Positions 24,265-34,025 of a stretch of DNA of 60,584 nt are shown piece by piece. Under the pieces are notes generated by a model that saw nothing but the letters and a program-made list of their open reading frames with translations, was not told the origin of the DNA and did not search any database. The position numbers were made by a program, and so were the translations under genes. Source of the DNA: a candidate division WOR-3 bacterium (GTDB taxonomy: Bacteria > Hydrothermota > Tepidihabitantia > Tepidihabitantales > Tepidihabitantaceae). The stretch lies in assembly GCA_039801365.1 (NCBI GenBank), contig JBDRUN010000004.1, positions 1 to 60,584 on the forward strand, written 5' to 3'. Every line of letters starts with the position of its first letter. The first letter of the stretch is position 1.

Positions 24265-26445
24265 GTGATGATGGCAATGAGAATGAACCGGAGCTCCGTT
24301 TGGGTGATTGCGCTGTTGTTCTTCTCCGCCGCGCACGCCCAGTTTCACGGCTCAGTCGAAGGCATAGTATCTGACAACGAACATCGTCCGTTGGCTGGCG
24401 CGCAGGTATGGCTGGAGGGACACCCGGTCGGAGCCGCGACCGATGCGTCCGGGCGCTACTTCATCGAGGTGCCGACGCACGGCGAGTTCCGCGTGGTCTA
24501 CCAGTACACCGGTTACGAGTCTGAGACCCTGGCGGTCGTGGTCGGGCACGGCGAGACGGTGAAGCAGAACGTGGTACTGAGGCAGACTTCCATCCCGGTT
24601 CCGGGTGTGGAGACTCGTGCCAGCCGCGAGACCATGCACGAGTCCAAGACTCCTGAGCCGACGGTAATCATCCCGCAGGCCGCGGCCGAGCAGGCCGGAA
24701 AGACCACCATCGGCGAAGCCGCGACCCTCGAGACCGGCATCCAGCTGCAGAAGCGCTGCAGCGCCTGCGAGGCAAGCGAAGTCTCGATTCACGGTCTGCC
24801 CGGCCGGTTCTCCCTTGTCCTCCTGGAAGGAACGCCGGTATTCACCAATCTCGCCTCCCGCTACATCCTGGACCTACTGCCGGTTGAGTTCATAGACCGG
24901 CTGGAGGTGCTCAAGGGCGCGTCCGGCGCCATCTGGGGCTCGGACGCCATCGCCGGAGCCGTCAATATTCTCCTGCACCAGCCATCCGAACCGTTCGAGG
25001 CCCGGGCCAGCTTCACCCGACGCAGCTACGGCAACGATATTTCCGCCTTGGTGGGCAGTAACCACAGCCCGCTGGGCATGAGCGTCATCGCCGCACACGG
25101 CAACCGCGATTTCGTGGACCTGAACCACGACAGCGTCGGGGAGAACTCCGCCTTCCGCCGCGACCTCCTGCTTGCCAACCTGAACTACAGCCCGGTCGTG
25201 CAGTGGCAGTTGAATGGCGGCGGTACCTTCGGCGACGAACTGCGCCGGGGCGGCGCCATCGTCCCTGACTCCGCCTACGCCACGAACCCTATGGCTGAGA
25301 AGATTCACACCCGGCGCTGGGACCTGTGGCAGCGCACCGACTTTGCGTCCGGCGACCTGGAACTACAACTGCGCCTGGCGCTGTCCGAACACAGTGAGGA
25401 CGGCATGGTGGAGACAAGAGACTACTCTGCCAGCCAGACTACCACCTATGCTGATTTCAGCACCGGCCTGCCGCACGTCGCCTCAGGCGTATCATTCTCC
25501 CGGCAGGCGCTCACCGACAGCCGCCTGTTCAGCCAGGGCTATGCGGAAAACGACCTGGGCGTCTGGGCCGCGGGCAAGAACCTGACCCCGACTGTCTTCG
25601 GCGTCCCGACCGACCTCCTGCCCGCCCTGCGGGCAGACTTCAACTCCGAGTACGGGTTCATCTTCTCGCCCTACGCCGCGGTGAAGCTGTACCTGAGCTT
25701 CGCGGACCTGAGTTTCGCGGCCGGGACCGGGTTCCGCACCCCCACGGTGATACTTGAGAGCATGGAGAATCTGCCCAACGGGTACCAGTACGCCGTGCGC
25801 CGCGACTCGGGCCTAACCCGCGAATCCGGCTTCTCCGTCGTGGCTGGTGTGGGCAGAAAACTCGTCAGCCAGAAGCTCGTCACCGAACTCCGGCTGAATC
25901 TGTTCCGTCACCGGGTGGGCAATTTCATCACCGCGGACCTGGTCGGGCTGGACACCGTCACCCGCCGCGCCATCTTCTACTACCGCAACCTGGATGAAGC
26001 CACCTCCTCCACCGGCGCAGAGTTCTCCGCCGGGTTGACCGTGCCCCGCGGCATCTCGGCCAATTTGGGCGCCTACCTCCTTGCCCCGCGCAGCGGCTCC
26101 AACCAGGCCCTGCCCTTTGTCCGGCGTTGGGGCGCGAACTACTCCGTCACCTATCCGTTCCGGCGCTGGGGACTGGAATTCGCCGCCAATGGCGAAGTCA
26201 ACGGCCCGATGCTGGTTCGGACCGTATCCGACAACGGCACCATCCAGGACTACGACTCGCCGGTCTACTCGGTCCTGAACCTGCGCGCCACGAAGAAGCT
26301 GTGGATGTTCCGCCTCAGTGCCGGCGTGAACAACCTGTGGAACTATCACCAGCCGCCCCTGTCCCACCACGAGGGCAGAACCGACTACTACTGGGGTCCG
26401 ATAATCGGCCGTGAACTGTACGGCACCATATCAGTGAACATCTAA
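24265..26445 (+). CDS. TonB-dependent outer-membrane receptor with N-terminal carboxypeptidase-regulatory-like domain
   Basis: Signal peptide, then CarbopepD_reg-like GIVSDNEHRPLAGAQVWLEG...TDASGRYFIEVP, a plug region (IDRLEVLKGASGAIWGSDAIAGAVNI) and a long beta-barrel. Confidence 0.9.
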   Translation: MMMAMRMNRSSVWVIALLFFSAAHAQFHGSVEGIVSDNEHRPLAGAQVWLEGHPVGAATDASGRYFIEVPTHGEFRVVYQYTGYESETLAVVVGHGETVKQNVVLRQTSIPVPGVETRASRETMHESKTPEPTVIIPQAAAEQAGKTTIGEAATLETGIQLQKRCSACEASEVSIHGLPGRFSLVLLEGTPVFTNLASRYILDLLPVEFIDRLEVLKGASGAIWGSDAIAGAVNILLHQPSEPFEARASFTRRSYGNDISALVGSNHSPLGMSVIAAHGNRDFVDLNHDSVGENSAFRRDLLLANLNYSPVVQWQLNGGGTFGDELRRGGAIVPDSAYATNPMAEKIHTRRWDLWQRTDFASGDLELQLRLALSEHSEDGMVETRDYSASQTTTYADFSTGLPHVASGVSFSRQALTDSRLFSQGYAENDLGVWAAGKNLTPTVFGVPTDLLPALRADFNSEYGFIFSPYAAVKLYLSFADLSFAAGTGFRTPTVILESMENLPNGYQYAVRRDSGLTRESGFSVVAGVGRKLVSQKLVTELRLNLFRHRVGNFITADLVGLDTVTRRAIFYYRNLDEATSSTGAEFSAGLTVPRGISANLGAYLLAPRSGSNQALPFVRRWGANYSVTYPFRRWGLEFAANGEVNGPMLVRTVSDNGTIQDYDSPVYSVLNLRATKKLWMFRLSAGVNNLWNYHQPPLSHHEGRTDYYWGPIIGRELYGTISVNI

Positions 26446-26457
26446 GCAGGAGGACAA

Positions 26458-26892
26458 ATGAAACCGCTTCTCTTGACCATCATCTCTGTCGGGCTGGTGC
26501 TGACTGGTGCGGGCAGCGCCCCGCCGCAGGCACAACAGTTGCCCTGCGCCTGTCTGAACTGGCTCCAGAGCGTCAAGATCGAGGTAACACAACTGGACAG
26601 CGGCGCAGTCATCAAGCTCTTCGCCGACAACCCCGCGGCTCTAAAGATGATTCAGGATTACGTCGGCGGACTCACCGCGGCTGCATCACCGACCGCCAAG
26701 GACCCGGTATGCGGGATGGATGTCAATCGCGCTCAGGCGACGGAAGAAGGCCTGACCGCAGGCTACCAGGGAACAACCTACTTCTTCTGCAGCGCGAAGT
26801 GCCGCGGGGACTTTATGAGACAACCGGCGAAGTTCGCTCCCAGGCAAGCCCCGGCTGGCTCCTGCCAGGGATGTGGCCGAGGCTGTCACTAA
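26458..26892 (+). CDS. secreted YHS-domain metal-binding protein
   Basis: AGGAGG RBS, signal peptide MKPLLLTIISVGLVLTGAGSA and YHS motif DPVCGMDV...YQGTTYFFCSAKCRGDF. Lies 12 nt after the receptor gene. Confidence 0.8.
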   Translation: MKPLLLTIISVGLVLTGAGSAPPQAQQLPCACLNWLQSVKIEVTQLDSGAVIKLFADNPAALKMIQDYVGGLTAAASPTAKDPVCGMDVNRAQATEEGLTAGYQGTTYFFCSAKCRGDFMRQPAKFAPRQAPAGSCQGCGRGCH

Positions 26893-26908
26893 CGGCCTGC
26901 GTTGAACA

Positions 26909-26938
26909 GAGCGGGGCGCCTGAAAAGGCGCCCCGCTC
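26909..26938. terminator. bidirectional terminator-like hairpin between convergent genes
   Basis: GAGCGGGGCGCC-tgaaaa-GGCGCCCCGCTC is a perfect 12-bp stem between the YHS gene stop and the kbl stop. No clear U-tract. Confidence 0.5.
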
Positions 26939-26972
26939 CCTGTATCCTGTACTCAGTCTTCTTTCTACTTGC

Positions 26973-28223
26973 TCACAGTCCGTATTTGGCGACTATCTCG
27001 TCCTTGGTCTTGTGCAGGATGTCGTACTTCTTGCCGACTTTGATGAACGCCTCAATCGCCCTGTCAATGTGTTCCTTGTCGTGCGCGGCCGAAAGCTGTA
27101 CCCGGATGCGCGCCAGCCCCTTGCCAACTACCGGATAGAAGAAACCGATGACATAGATACCCTCGTCGTACATGTCGCGGGCAAAGTCCTGGGCCAGTTT
27201 GGCGTTGTAGAGCATTATCGGCACGATGGGATGCACTCCCGGCCGGATGTCAAAACCAGCATCGGTCATTGCCTTGCGGAAGTACATCGTATTCTTCTCG
27301 AGCTTATCCCTGCGTTCGGTCGTGCGCGAGAGTAGGTCAATGATGGTGATGGCCGAGGCCGCAATCACTGGCGGCAGGGTGTTTGAGAAAAGGTAGGGCC
27401 TGGACCGCTGGCGCAGGATTTCGACGATTTCCTTTCTCGCCGCGGTAAACCCGCCGGAAGCTCCGCCAAGCGCCTTGCCCATTGTCGAAGTAATGATGTC
27501 CACCCGGCCCATAACTCCACAATGTTCGTGCGAACCGCGACCATGCTTGCCCATGAACCCAGTGCAGTGGCTGTCATCAATCATGACAAGGCAGTCATAC
27601 TTATCGCACAGGTCACAGATTTCCTCTAGCGGCGCAATGTCGCCGTCCATTGAGAATGCGCCGTCAGTGGCGAACACTCGGAACCGGGCCTTCTGCACTT
27701 CTTCGGACCTGAGCTTCTCCTCAAGGTCAGCCATGTCCATGTGCTTGATGATGTACCGCTTCGCCTTTGACAACCTGATGCCGTCAATCACCGATGCATG
27801 ATTCAGAGCATCGGTCAGGATGGCGTCTTCTTCCTTGAACAGCACCTCGAACAGCCCGCCGTTCGCATCAAAGCAGGACGAATAGAGAATTGCGTCGTCC
27901 ATGCCCAAGAAGTCGGCAATCTTCCGCTCCAGTTGCCGGTGTACGTCCTGAGTCCCGCAGATGAACCGCACCGAAGACAGTCCATAGCCCCACTCATCCA
28001 GCGCCTTGTGTGCGGACTTGATCGTGTCCGGATGACTGGAAAGCCCCAGGTAATTGTTCGCACAGAAGTTCAGGACCTCTTTTTTTGGCGCGCCGGCTGG
28101 GAACTCAACCTTGATGCCCGCGCCCTGGGGCCCGAATATGTACCTTTCCTCCTTGTACAGCCCTGCTTCCCTCACTCCTTTGAGCTCGGTCTGCAGGAAT
28201 TCCTTTATCTTACCGTAAGCCAC
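26973..28223 (-). CDS. kbl: glycine C-acetyltransferase (2-amino-3-ketobutyrate CoA ligase)
   Basis: Near-collinear with the E. coli Kbl pattern: [39 protein letters not shown], the PLP-Lys region [12 protein letters not shown], and RSRPYLFSN. Confidence 0.9.
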   Translation of the reverse strand: MAYGKIKEFLQTELKGVREAGLYKEERYIFGPQGAGIKVEFPAGAPKKEVLNFCANNYLGLSSHPDTIKSAHKALDEWGYGLSSVRFICGTQDVHRQLERKIADFLGMDDAILYSSCFDANGGLFEVLFKEEDAILTDALNHASVIDGIRLSKAKRYIIKHMDMADLEEKLRSEEVQKARFRVFATDGAFSMDGDIAPLEEICDLCDKYDCLVMIDDSHCTGFMGKHGRGSHEHCGVMGRVDIITSTMGKALGGASGGFTAARKEIVEILRQRSRPYLFSNTLPPVIAASAITIIDLLSRTTERRDKLEKNTMYFRKAMTDAGFDIRPGVHPIVPIMLYNAKLAQDFARDMYDEGIYVIGFFYPVVGKGLARIRVQLSAAHDKEHIDRAIEAFIKVGKKYDILHKTKDEIVAKYGL

Positions 28224-28276
28224 GTTTCCTCCTTAGGTCTAATTGTTCAACCGGCCAGTAAGAATCCGACATGGTG

Positions 28277-28963
28277 CTAACCTGCGCTACTCCTGGCCGC
28301 CTGATTCCTTTCTTCGTTCACTATTGCCACCCCCGAACTAGTCCCGATTCGCGTCGCACCGGCCTGAACCATCTTCTGGGCCGTTGCCAGGTCACGGATT
28401 CCGCCTGCGGCCTTGACCCCGATGCGGCCGTCAGCAATCCGGGCAAGTAGCGCCACATCCTCAACCGTGGCTCCGCCGGTCGAGAAACCGGTTGATGTCT
28501 TCACGAACTGGGCACCGGCGTTAATCACCAGCCTGGTCGCCTGCTCCTTCTCCTCATCCGTGAGCAGGCACGTCTCGATGATCACCTTCACTGGCCGCTT
28601 CTGGGCGGCGTGTACCACCCGGCTGATGTCCGACACAACCATTTCATGCGCACCAGCCTTGAGCCAGCCGATGTTCATCACCATATCCAGCTCATCCGCC
28701 CCAAGGTTCACTGCGGCCATTGCCTCGGCCGCCTTGGCCTCGCGCAACATCGCGCCAAGGGGAAAACCAACGACCGTGCACACTTTGATGGCGCTGTTTT
28801 CCAGTTGCTTCCGGCATAAGGGTACATAGCACGAATTCACACACACAGTCGCGAATCCGTATTCCTCAGCCTCGGCGCACAGCTTCTCAATCTGCTGCGG
28901 TGTCACGTCCGGCCGAAGCAGAGTATGGTCAATCAGTCCAGCGATGCTCTGTATGGTTGACAT
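28277..28963 (-). CDS. deoC: deoxyribose-phosphate aldolase
   Basis: IDHTLLRPD, VCVNS, VVGFPLGA, catalytic Lys region FVKTSTGF, and VKAAGGIR. Start trimmed to ATG 28963 because a promoter lies inside the longer ORF. Confidence 0.9.
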   Translation of the reverse strand: MSTIQSIAGLIDHTLLRPDVTPQQIEKLCAEAEEYGFATVCVNSCYVPLCRKQLENSAIKVCTVVGFPLGAMLREAKAAEAMAAVNLGADELDMVMNIGWLKAGAHEMVVSDISRVVHAAQKRPVKVIIETCLLTDEEKEQATRLVINAGAQFVKTSTGFSTGGATVEDVALLARIADGRIGVKAAGGIRDLATAQKMVQAGATRIGTSSGVAIVNEERNQAARSSAG

Positions 28964-28979
28964 CTTGTTGTGCGCGGCA

Positions 28980-29007
28980 ATTCTAGACCCGCGCGTGTTG
29001 CTGTCAA
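28980..29007 (-). promoter_or_regulatory. sigma70-like promoter of deoC-kbl
   Basis: Minus strand: TTGACA, 16-nt spacer, TAGAAT, then 16 nt to the ATG at 28963. No SD. Confidence 0.5.
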
Positions 29008-29173
29008 GAAAACTTGGCATTGGACCGGAACCCGACCTAAGGTTAGTCCGCTGACTACTAAGACCTCTGAGCGATCCGTCTTCTGGATTTTGCCGAAGGA
29101 GAAGCTGGGGCAGGAAGTTGCAATCTCGCTGCTGCCGCAGGGCCTACGCTCTTCGACTTACGGTAACACAGGG

Positions 29174-29201
29174 TTGACATCCTGACTGGCGGCCATATTC
29201 T
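29174..29201 (+). promoter_or_regulatory. sigma70-like promoter abutting topA
   Basis: TTGACA, 16-nt spacer, TATTCT, then 10 nt to the ATG at 29212. No SD. Confidence 0.5.
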
Positions 29202-29211
29202 ACACGCCTTC

Positions 29212-31527
29212 ATGAAGGCTGCAAAAGAGCTAGTCATCGTCGAGTCGCCGACCAAGGCAAGGACGATATTCCGACTGCTTGGTCAGCGAATGCGCGTTAT
29301 TTCAACAATGGGACATATCGCAGACCTGCCCAAGTCCAGACTTGGAGTGGACATTGAGCACGGATTTGAGCCAGACTATATCCGCATCCGGGGCAAGGGA
29401 CCAATCATCAAGGAATTGCAGCAGGCGGCGGCCGAATCGTCGGTGGTATATCTTGCCTGCGACCCGGACCGGGAGGGTGAAGCAATCGCCTATTCAGTTG
29501 CGAACGAAATCAGCGGGAACGGGCATCGCAAGCAACGCAAGAGGGGAAAGTCTAAGGTCCGTGGTCCGGTCGTGAAGCGGGTGCTGTTCTACGAAATCAC
29601 TCGACCAGGGTTGGAGAAGGCTTTTTCTGAACCCGGTGAAATTGACCTGAACAAAGTAAACGCGCACCGGGGAAGGAGGGTTCTTGATCGGCTAGTTGGC
29701 TACCTGGTTTCTCCGCTGCTCTGGAAAGTGGTGAAGGTTGGACTTTCTGCTGGCCGGGTTCAAACTGTTGCGCTGCGCATGATCGTCGAACGCGAGCGGG
29801 AAATTCTTGCTTTTAAACCAAGCGAGTACTGGGTCATCAAAGCAAGATTTGCAGCCCGGGCCGGGAGTTTCGAAGCCCAGCTTGCCCGTATCGGCGGCAA
29901 GAAGGTAAGTCTCAGAAACAAGGCTGAGGTTGACGCGGTACAGAGCGACTGTGCGGCAGCCGAGTTCCGCATCGCTTCGGTCAAATCGCACACCAAGATG
30001 CGCTCGCCGCTACCGCCCTTCACAACCGCAACCCTTCAGCAGGATGCCGCCCAGAAACTGGGTCTGCCGTCCCGCAGAACGATGCAGCTTGCCCAGCAGC
30101 TCTTTGAGGGAGTTGAGATTGAGGGAGAACCGGTCGGACTCATCACCTATCCGCGCACCGACTCGGTTCGTGTGGCCGATGCCTTTCTGGCCGATACGCT
30201 GAACTTCATTGGCGGCACGATGGAGCCAGCTTATCGGCCGCCAGCACCCCGGCACTATCGCGACAAGACCGGCGTACAGGGCGCCCACGAAGCAATCAGG
30301 CCGACCCGGATTGACCGGACACCGGAATCGGTGAAGAACGCCCTGAGCCGGGATCAGTTCCGGCTGTACGACCTTGTCTATCGGCGGTTCTTGGCAAGCC
30401 AGCTCGCCGACGCTCGCTACTCAGTGACCGAGGTCGTTGTCTCAGGTGGCGGATACGAGTTCTGGGCCGAGGCAGTGAAGTGTGAATTCCCGGGATTTGA
30501 GCGCGTGTACGGTGACCAGGCGAAAGAGACCAGTCTCCCCGAACTCGTCCCGGGTGAACCGGTCGAGCTGAAGGAACTCTTGCCGGAGCAGAAGTTCACT
30601 CAGCCACCGCCGCGCTTTACCGAGGCAACACTAATTAAGAAACTCGAGTCGAACGGCATCGGCCGGCCTTCGACCTACGCAACTATCGTTGCCACGCTTT
30701 TCGACCGGAAGTATGTCGAGCGCAAAGACAAACGCCTGTTTCCGACTGAACTCGGCATGGTCGTAAACGACGTGCTCGTACCAAGATTTGCCAACGTGTT
30801 TGAGACCGGGTTCACGCGGGAAATGGAGCAGGAGCTCGACCTTGTCGAGGAAGGAAAAGAAAAATGGCAGGCGGTCGTAGAGCGGTTCTACAAACCGCTG
30901 AAAGAGGACCTAGACAAGGCGCAGGCGGACGCACCCGACATCAGACAGGGTCTGCAGAAAGAGCTCGCCGAGAAGTGTCCCAAGTGCGGTAAGCCGCTGG
31001 CCGAGCGGTGGGGCCGGTACGGTAAGTTTGTCGCCTGCTCAGGCTACCCACAGTGCCGGTACATCAAGCGGGAGCAGAAGGCGCCACCGGTGCTGCTGGA
31101 TGAGAAATGCCCTGAGTGCGGCCGGCCGTTGGTCGAGCGCACGAGCCGGTACGGCAAGTTCAAGGCGTGTTCCGGTTACCCGGAGTGCAAGTACGTGAAG
31201 AAGGAACCAGCTACCGTCCTGAAGGTCGGAGACAAGTGTCCGCAGTGCGGTAGGCCGCTTGTTGAACGGCGGGGTCGGTTTGGTGCGTTCGTCGCCTGCT
31301 CAGGTTACCCGGACTGCAAGTTCATGGCCCGCGGAGCGAAGCCCGCGCCGAAAGTGCTGGACGAGAAATGTCCGGAGTGCGGCAAGAACCTTATTGAGCG
31401 TCAGGGTCGGTTTGGTGCGTTCGTCGCCTGCTCAGGCTATCCGAAGTGCAAGTACATCAAGAAGGAACAGAGAAAGGGTTCAAGGGTTCAAGGGTCCAAG
31501 GGTCCAAGCGGAGAGGGGACGGAGTGA
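29212..31527 (+). CDS. topA: DNA topoisomerase I with four C-terminal C4 zinc ribbons
   Basis: Toprim LVIVESPTKARTI, active-site Tyr region GLITYPRTDS, and four CP(K/E/Q)CG...ACSGYP(Q/E/D/K)C(R/K) repeats. Confidence 0.97.
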   Translation: MKAAKELVIVESPTKARTIFRLLGQRMRVISTMGHIADLPKSRLGVDIEHGFEPDYIRIRGKGPIIKELQQAAAESSVVYLACDPDREGEAIAYSVANEISGNGHRKQRKRGKSKVRGPVVKRVLFYEITRPGLEKAFSEPGEIDLNKVNAHRGRRVLDRLVGYLVSPLLWKVVKVGLSAGRVQTVALRMIVEREREILAFKPSEYWVIKARFAARAGSFEAQLARIGGKKVSLRNKAEVDAVQSDCAAAEFRIASVKSHTKMRSPLPPFTTATLQQDAAQKLGLPSRRTMQLAQQLFEGVEIEGEPVGLITYPRTDSVRVADAFLADTLNFIGGTMEPAYRPPAPRHYRDKTGVQGAHEAIRPTRIDRTPESVKNALSRDQFRLYDLVYRRFLASQLADARYSVTEVVVSGGGYEFWAEAVKCEFPGFERVYGDQAKETSLPELVPGEPVELKELLPEQKFTQPPPRFTEATLIKKLESNGIGRPSTYATIVATLFDRKYVERKDKRLFPTELGMVVNDVLVPRFANVFETGFTREMEQELDLVEEGKEKWQAVVERFYKPLKEDLDKAQADAPDIRQGLQKELAEKCPKCGKPLAERWGRYGKFVACSGYPQCRYIKREQKAPPVLLDEKCPECGRPLVERTSRYGKFKACSGYPECKYVKKEPATVLKVGDKCPQCGRPLVERRGRFGAFVACSGYPDCKFMARGAKPAPKVLDEKCPECGKNLIERQGRFGAFVACSGYPKCKYIKKEQRKGSRVQGSKGPSGEGTE

Positions 31528-31955
31528 CCTGCGTCAGGAACGGCGCCTACTGGCAGTTGCGGCTGGAGCGGGGGGAGGATGTGCCGACCGAGGTTGCCGG
31601 GTTCGTTTTGCGGCACCAGATACGCTCAGGCCTAATCACTGGGCTGGGTGCGGCTGACATGGTCGTGCTTGGACATTTCAGTCTTAGGACGAAGAAGTAT
31701 CGCAAACGTAAGCTGGCCGGCGAATACGAAATCGCCGGTATCCTCGGTAACATCGCCTGGGATGGCAAGGTTCCGGTTTGCCACATGCACGCGGTCGTGA
31801 CCGGGCCGGATATGAAAGCCCTCGGCGGGCACCTGTTTGCTGCCCGGGTCGCCGCGACCTGCGAGATTTCCATCCTGCCGGGCGCCCGGCGCCTGGGCCG
31901 CAAGCTCGACCAGACCACCGGACTCAAGCTGCTCGCTCTTCGGTCCCGGGGCTGA
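31524..31955 (+). CDS. PPC/DUF296-domain protein
   Basis: GTG 31524 overlaps the topA TGA (GTGA). GLGAADMVVLGHF...YEIAGILGNIAW...CHMHAVVTGPDMKALGGHL fits the DUF296 pattern. Confidence 0.7.
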   Translation: MTCVRNGAYWQLRLERGEDVPTEVAGFVLRHQIRSGLITGLGAADMVVLGHFSLRTKKYRKRKLAGEYEIAGILGNIAWDGKVPVCHMHAVVTGPDMKALGGHLFAARVAATCEISILPGARRLGRKLDQTTGLKLLALRSRG

Positions 31956-31976
31956 CTGCGGCCTGCGGTTCTCTTG

Positions 31977-32834
31977 TCAGGCGGTTTGGCCAGGCGCAGC
32001 CGCAATGCGGCCGGGACAGGATACCAAAGGGCAGGCCGGACACAGGTGCCAGGCCGGCTTCGCCTCGGGCGGCTGGCCGGTTTCTCTTGAGCGGCGCATG
32101 GTCCGGACCGCGGCCAGCAGTTGCTCCACTTCATACCTGCCAATTCTGACCTCAAATGTGCGGTCCGGGTACACGACATAGGCGTATCCCGGCCGAACTC
32201 CGAACTCGGCCTCGGCTAGGAGCGCCTGCGCCACTGCCTGCATCCGGTCTTGGACGGTCAGACGCTTTGGCGTCACAAGCGACCTTGTTTCCAGCGTCGC
32301 CAGGTTCCGACCCTGGCGCACGACGCAGTTCAGGTGTCCCGCAATCCCATACCGGCTGGCACGGACTAGCTTCCGGTCACGCTCGACGTCGTCGCGGGAC
32401 AGGACGTCGCCGGGGATGGCGCGAAGATAGTCCGGGGTGCGCTGACGCCAGCAGTACCAGCGCACGATGAAGTAGATCGAGAATCCCATTACGACCGTGC
32501 CGATGAGATTCAGCGAGTATACGATGAGGTAAAGTGACTCGTGTCGGAGCAGCCAGGATATGCTCCAGGCAATCAGCGCGGCTACGGCGCAGGCGATTGA
32601 GAACAACCAGAGCAGTCCGGTCCCAGGAACCTCAAACGGCATAGTCCGGCTCCTCCCCGCGCCCGGTTCCTGCTTCAGTCGTGCGAGCTGTTCCCGGTGC
32701 TCGAGGCTCAGGGGCGTGTCCCGCAGCCACCAAATGTACGGGCAGCAGAAGAAATCGCGGATTTCTTCGACCGTGACTTCCGACCGGGCCGCGGCGTCGC
32801 GTTGAGTGTTCTGCATCATCTCGGCAGTCGGCAT
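31977..32834 (-). CDS. Cas4/DUF83-like PD-(D/E)XK-fold Fe-S protein with an inserted two-helix transmembrane hairpin
   Basis: N-terminal FFCCPYIWWL plus C-terminal C-x2-C-x4-C (HLCPACPLVSCPG) resemble the Cas4 four-Cys cluster. Core is GIAGHLNCV...LETRS...QAVAQALL. Two hydrophobic helices lie between the first Cys and the core. Confidence 0.5.
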   Translation of the reverse strand: MPTAEMMQNTQRDAAARSEVTVEEIRDFFCCPYIWWLRDTPLSLEHREQLARLKQEPGAGRSRTMPFEVPGTGLLWLFSIACAVAALIAWSISWLLRHESLYLIVYSLNLIGTVVMGFSIYFIVRWYCWRQRTPDYLRAIPGDVLSRDDVERDRKLVRASRYGIAGHLNCVVRQGRNLATLETRSLVTPKRLTVQDRMQAVAQALLAEAEFGVRPGYAYVVYPDRTFEVRIGRYEVEQLLAAVRTMRRSRETGQPPEAKPAWHLCPACPLVSCPGRIAAAPGQTA

Positions 32835-33131
32835 CGCCCCGGCTGGCCGGACATTCTCAGCCGTACCGCAGGCCAATTCAAGACATGGTTCGGCGCCGGG
32901 TCAATCGTGGCTGCGCGTCCCCGTAATCCAGACATTGGCAAATGCACTACCGGCTGGCATGTCGGGTGTCGGCAGCGCTCCCAGGAGAGAGATAGGCAAA
33001 GACAGCCGCCACGAAACTGGCGCTAATCTCGCATGCGTGTTTATTTGCGGTTCCCTATCTCGGCGGTGCAAACTGTCTTCCCTTCTGGTTCGTCGGCTCT
33101 CGGCAACTTGGTGTTGAAGTCCAATCCGAAC

Positions 33132-34025
33132 CTAAAGCTCGACCGATTCAGCCCGGACCCAGGAGTGACCGCCATCAGTCGTGAGAAGGATTGTGCCGTT
33201 GCGGCCACACGCGCACCCGATCTCTCCGTCCGGCCGGAAACTGAGGCCGAGCAGGTCTTCAGCCGTGCTGCAACACGCCGCGGTCCAGGTATCACCGCCG
33301 TCATCGGTACTTAGTATCGTGCCCGCACCACCAACGCACACGCCGTGTTCGGTCCCGCGCGGAAATGCAATCCTGTGGAATGCAACATACCCTACGCTTG
33401 GCTCCAGCCGACGCCAGGTCTCACCGCCATCTTCGGTCTTCAGGAGCGTGCCGCCGTCGCCGCAGACATAGCCCACGACGTCATCCTCAGGGAAGCACAA
33501 ACCCCGAAGATTGGCGACACCGGCGATTCCGCCCCCGGTTGCAAACCAGTGCTCACTGCCAGCCACTTTCCTGAGAATCGTTCCCGCGGCGCCGACCGCA
33601 AGCCCGGTTTCTCCGTCAACCGGAAACGATACGGCCAAAAGGTCAGCCGTGGTTGGAACCATAAGCCGACGCCAGGTAGCGCCGCAGTCATCGGTGCGCA
33701 TAATCAGACCAAAGGTGCCGACGATGTACCCGGTTCGTTCAGTGGGGAAACACACACCGTAGATGTCACTATCTGTGTCAAGACTTACCGTCTGCCAGCT
33801 CCTGCCAGCATCCGCTGTCTTCAGCAATGTGCCGCCCGCTCCGACTATGAAGCCTTCGAGCATATCCTCACGAAAGCAGACGCCGAAGAGGTCAGCATGG
33901 GTCGGCACCGGCACTCGTTGCCATGTATTTCCGCCATCGTGGGTGACAAGCAGGAGACCACTACTACCAACACAGAATCCATCCGTGCCCTCACCCGGCA
34001 AAACTACCGCCCTAAAGTCGTTCAT
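33132..34025 (-). CDS. Ycf48/BNR-like beta-propeller protein
   Basis: Seven repeats of G(T/L)(L/I)L(K/R/S)T.DGG.(T/S)W type. ATGA overlap with the upstream membrane-protein gene. No obvious signal peptide. Confidence 0.7.
   Translation of the reverse strand: MNDFRAVVLPGEGTDGFCVGSSGLLLVTHDGGNTWQRVPVPTHADLFGVCFREDMLEGFIVGAGGTLLKTADAGRSWQTVSLDTDSDIYGVCFPTERTGYIVGTFGLIMRTDDCGATWRRLMVPTTADLLAVSFPVDGETGLAVGAAGTILRKVAGSEHWFATGGGIAGVANLRGLCFPEDDVVGYVCGDGGTLLKTEDGGETWRRLEPSVGYVAFHRIAFPRGTEHGVCVGGAGTILSTDDGGDTWTAACCSTAEDLLGLSFRPDGEIGCACGRNGTILLTTDGGHSWVRAESVEL

Noticed and set aside
30960-31440. Four ~120-nt DNA repeats that could be mistaken for a repeat array
   Set aside because: They are in frame within topA and encode its four C4 zinc-ribbon domains. 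They are not an independent repeat element.
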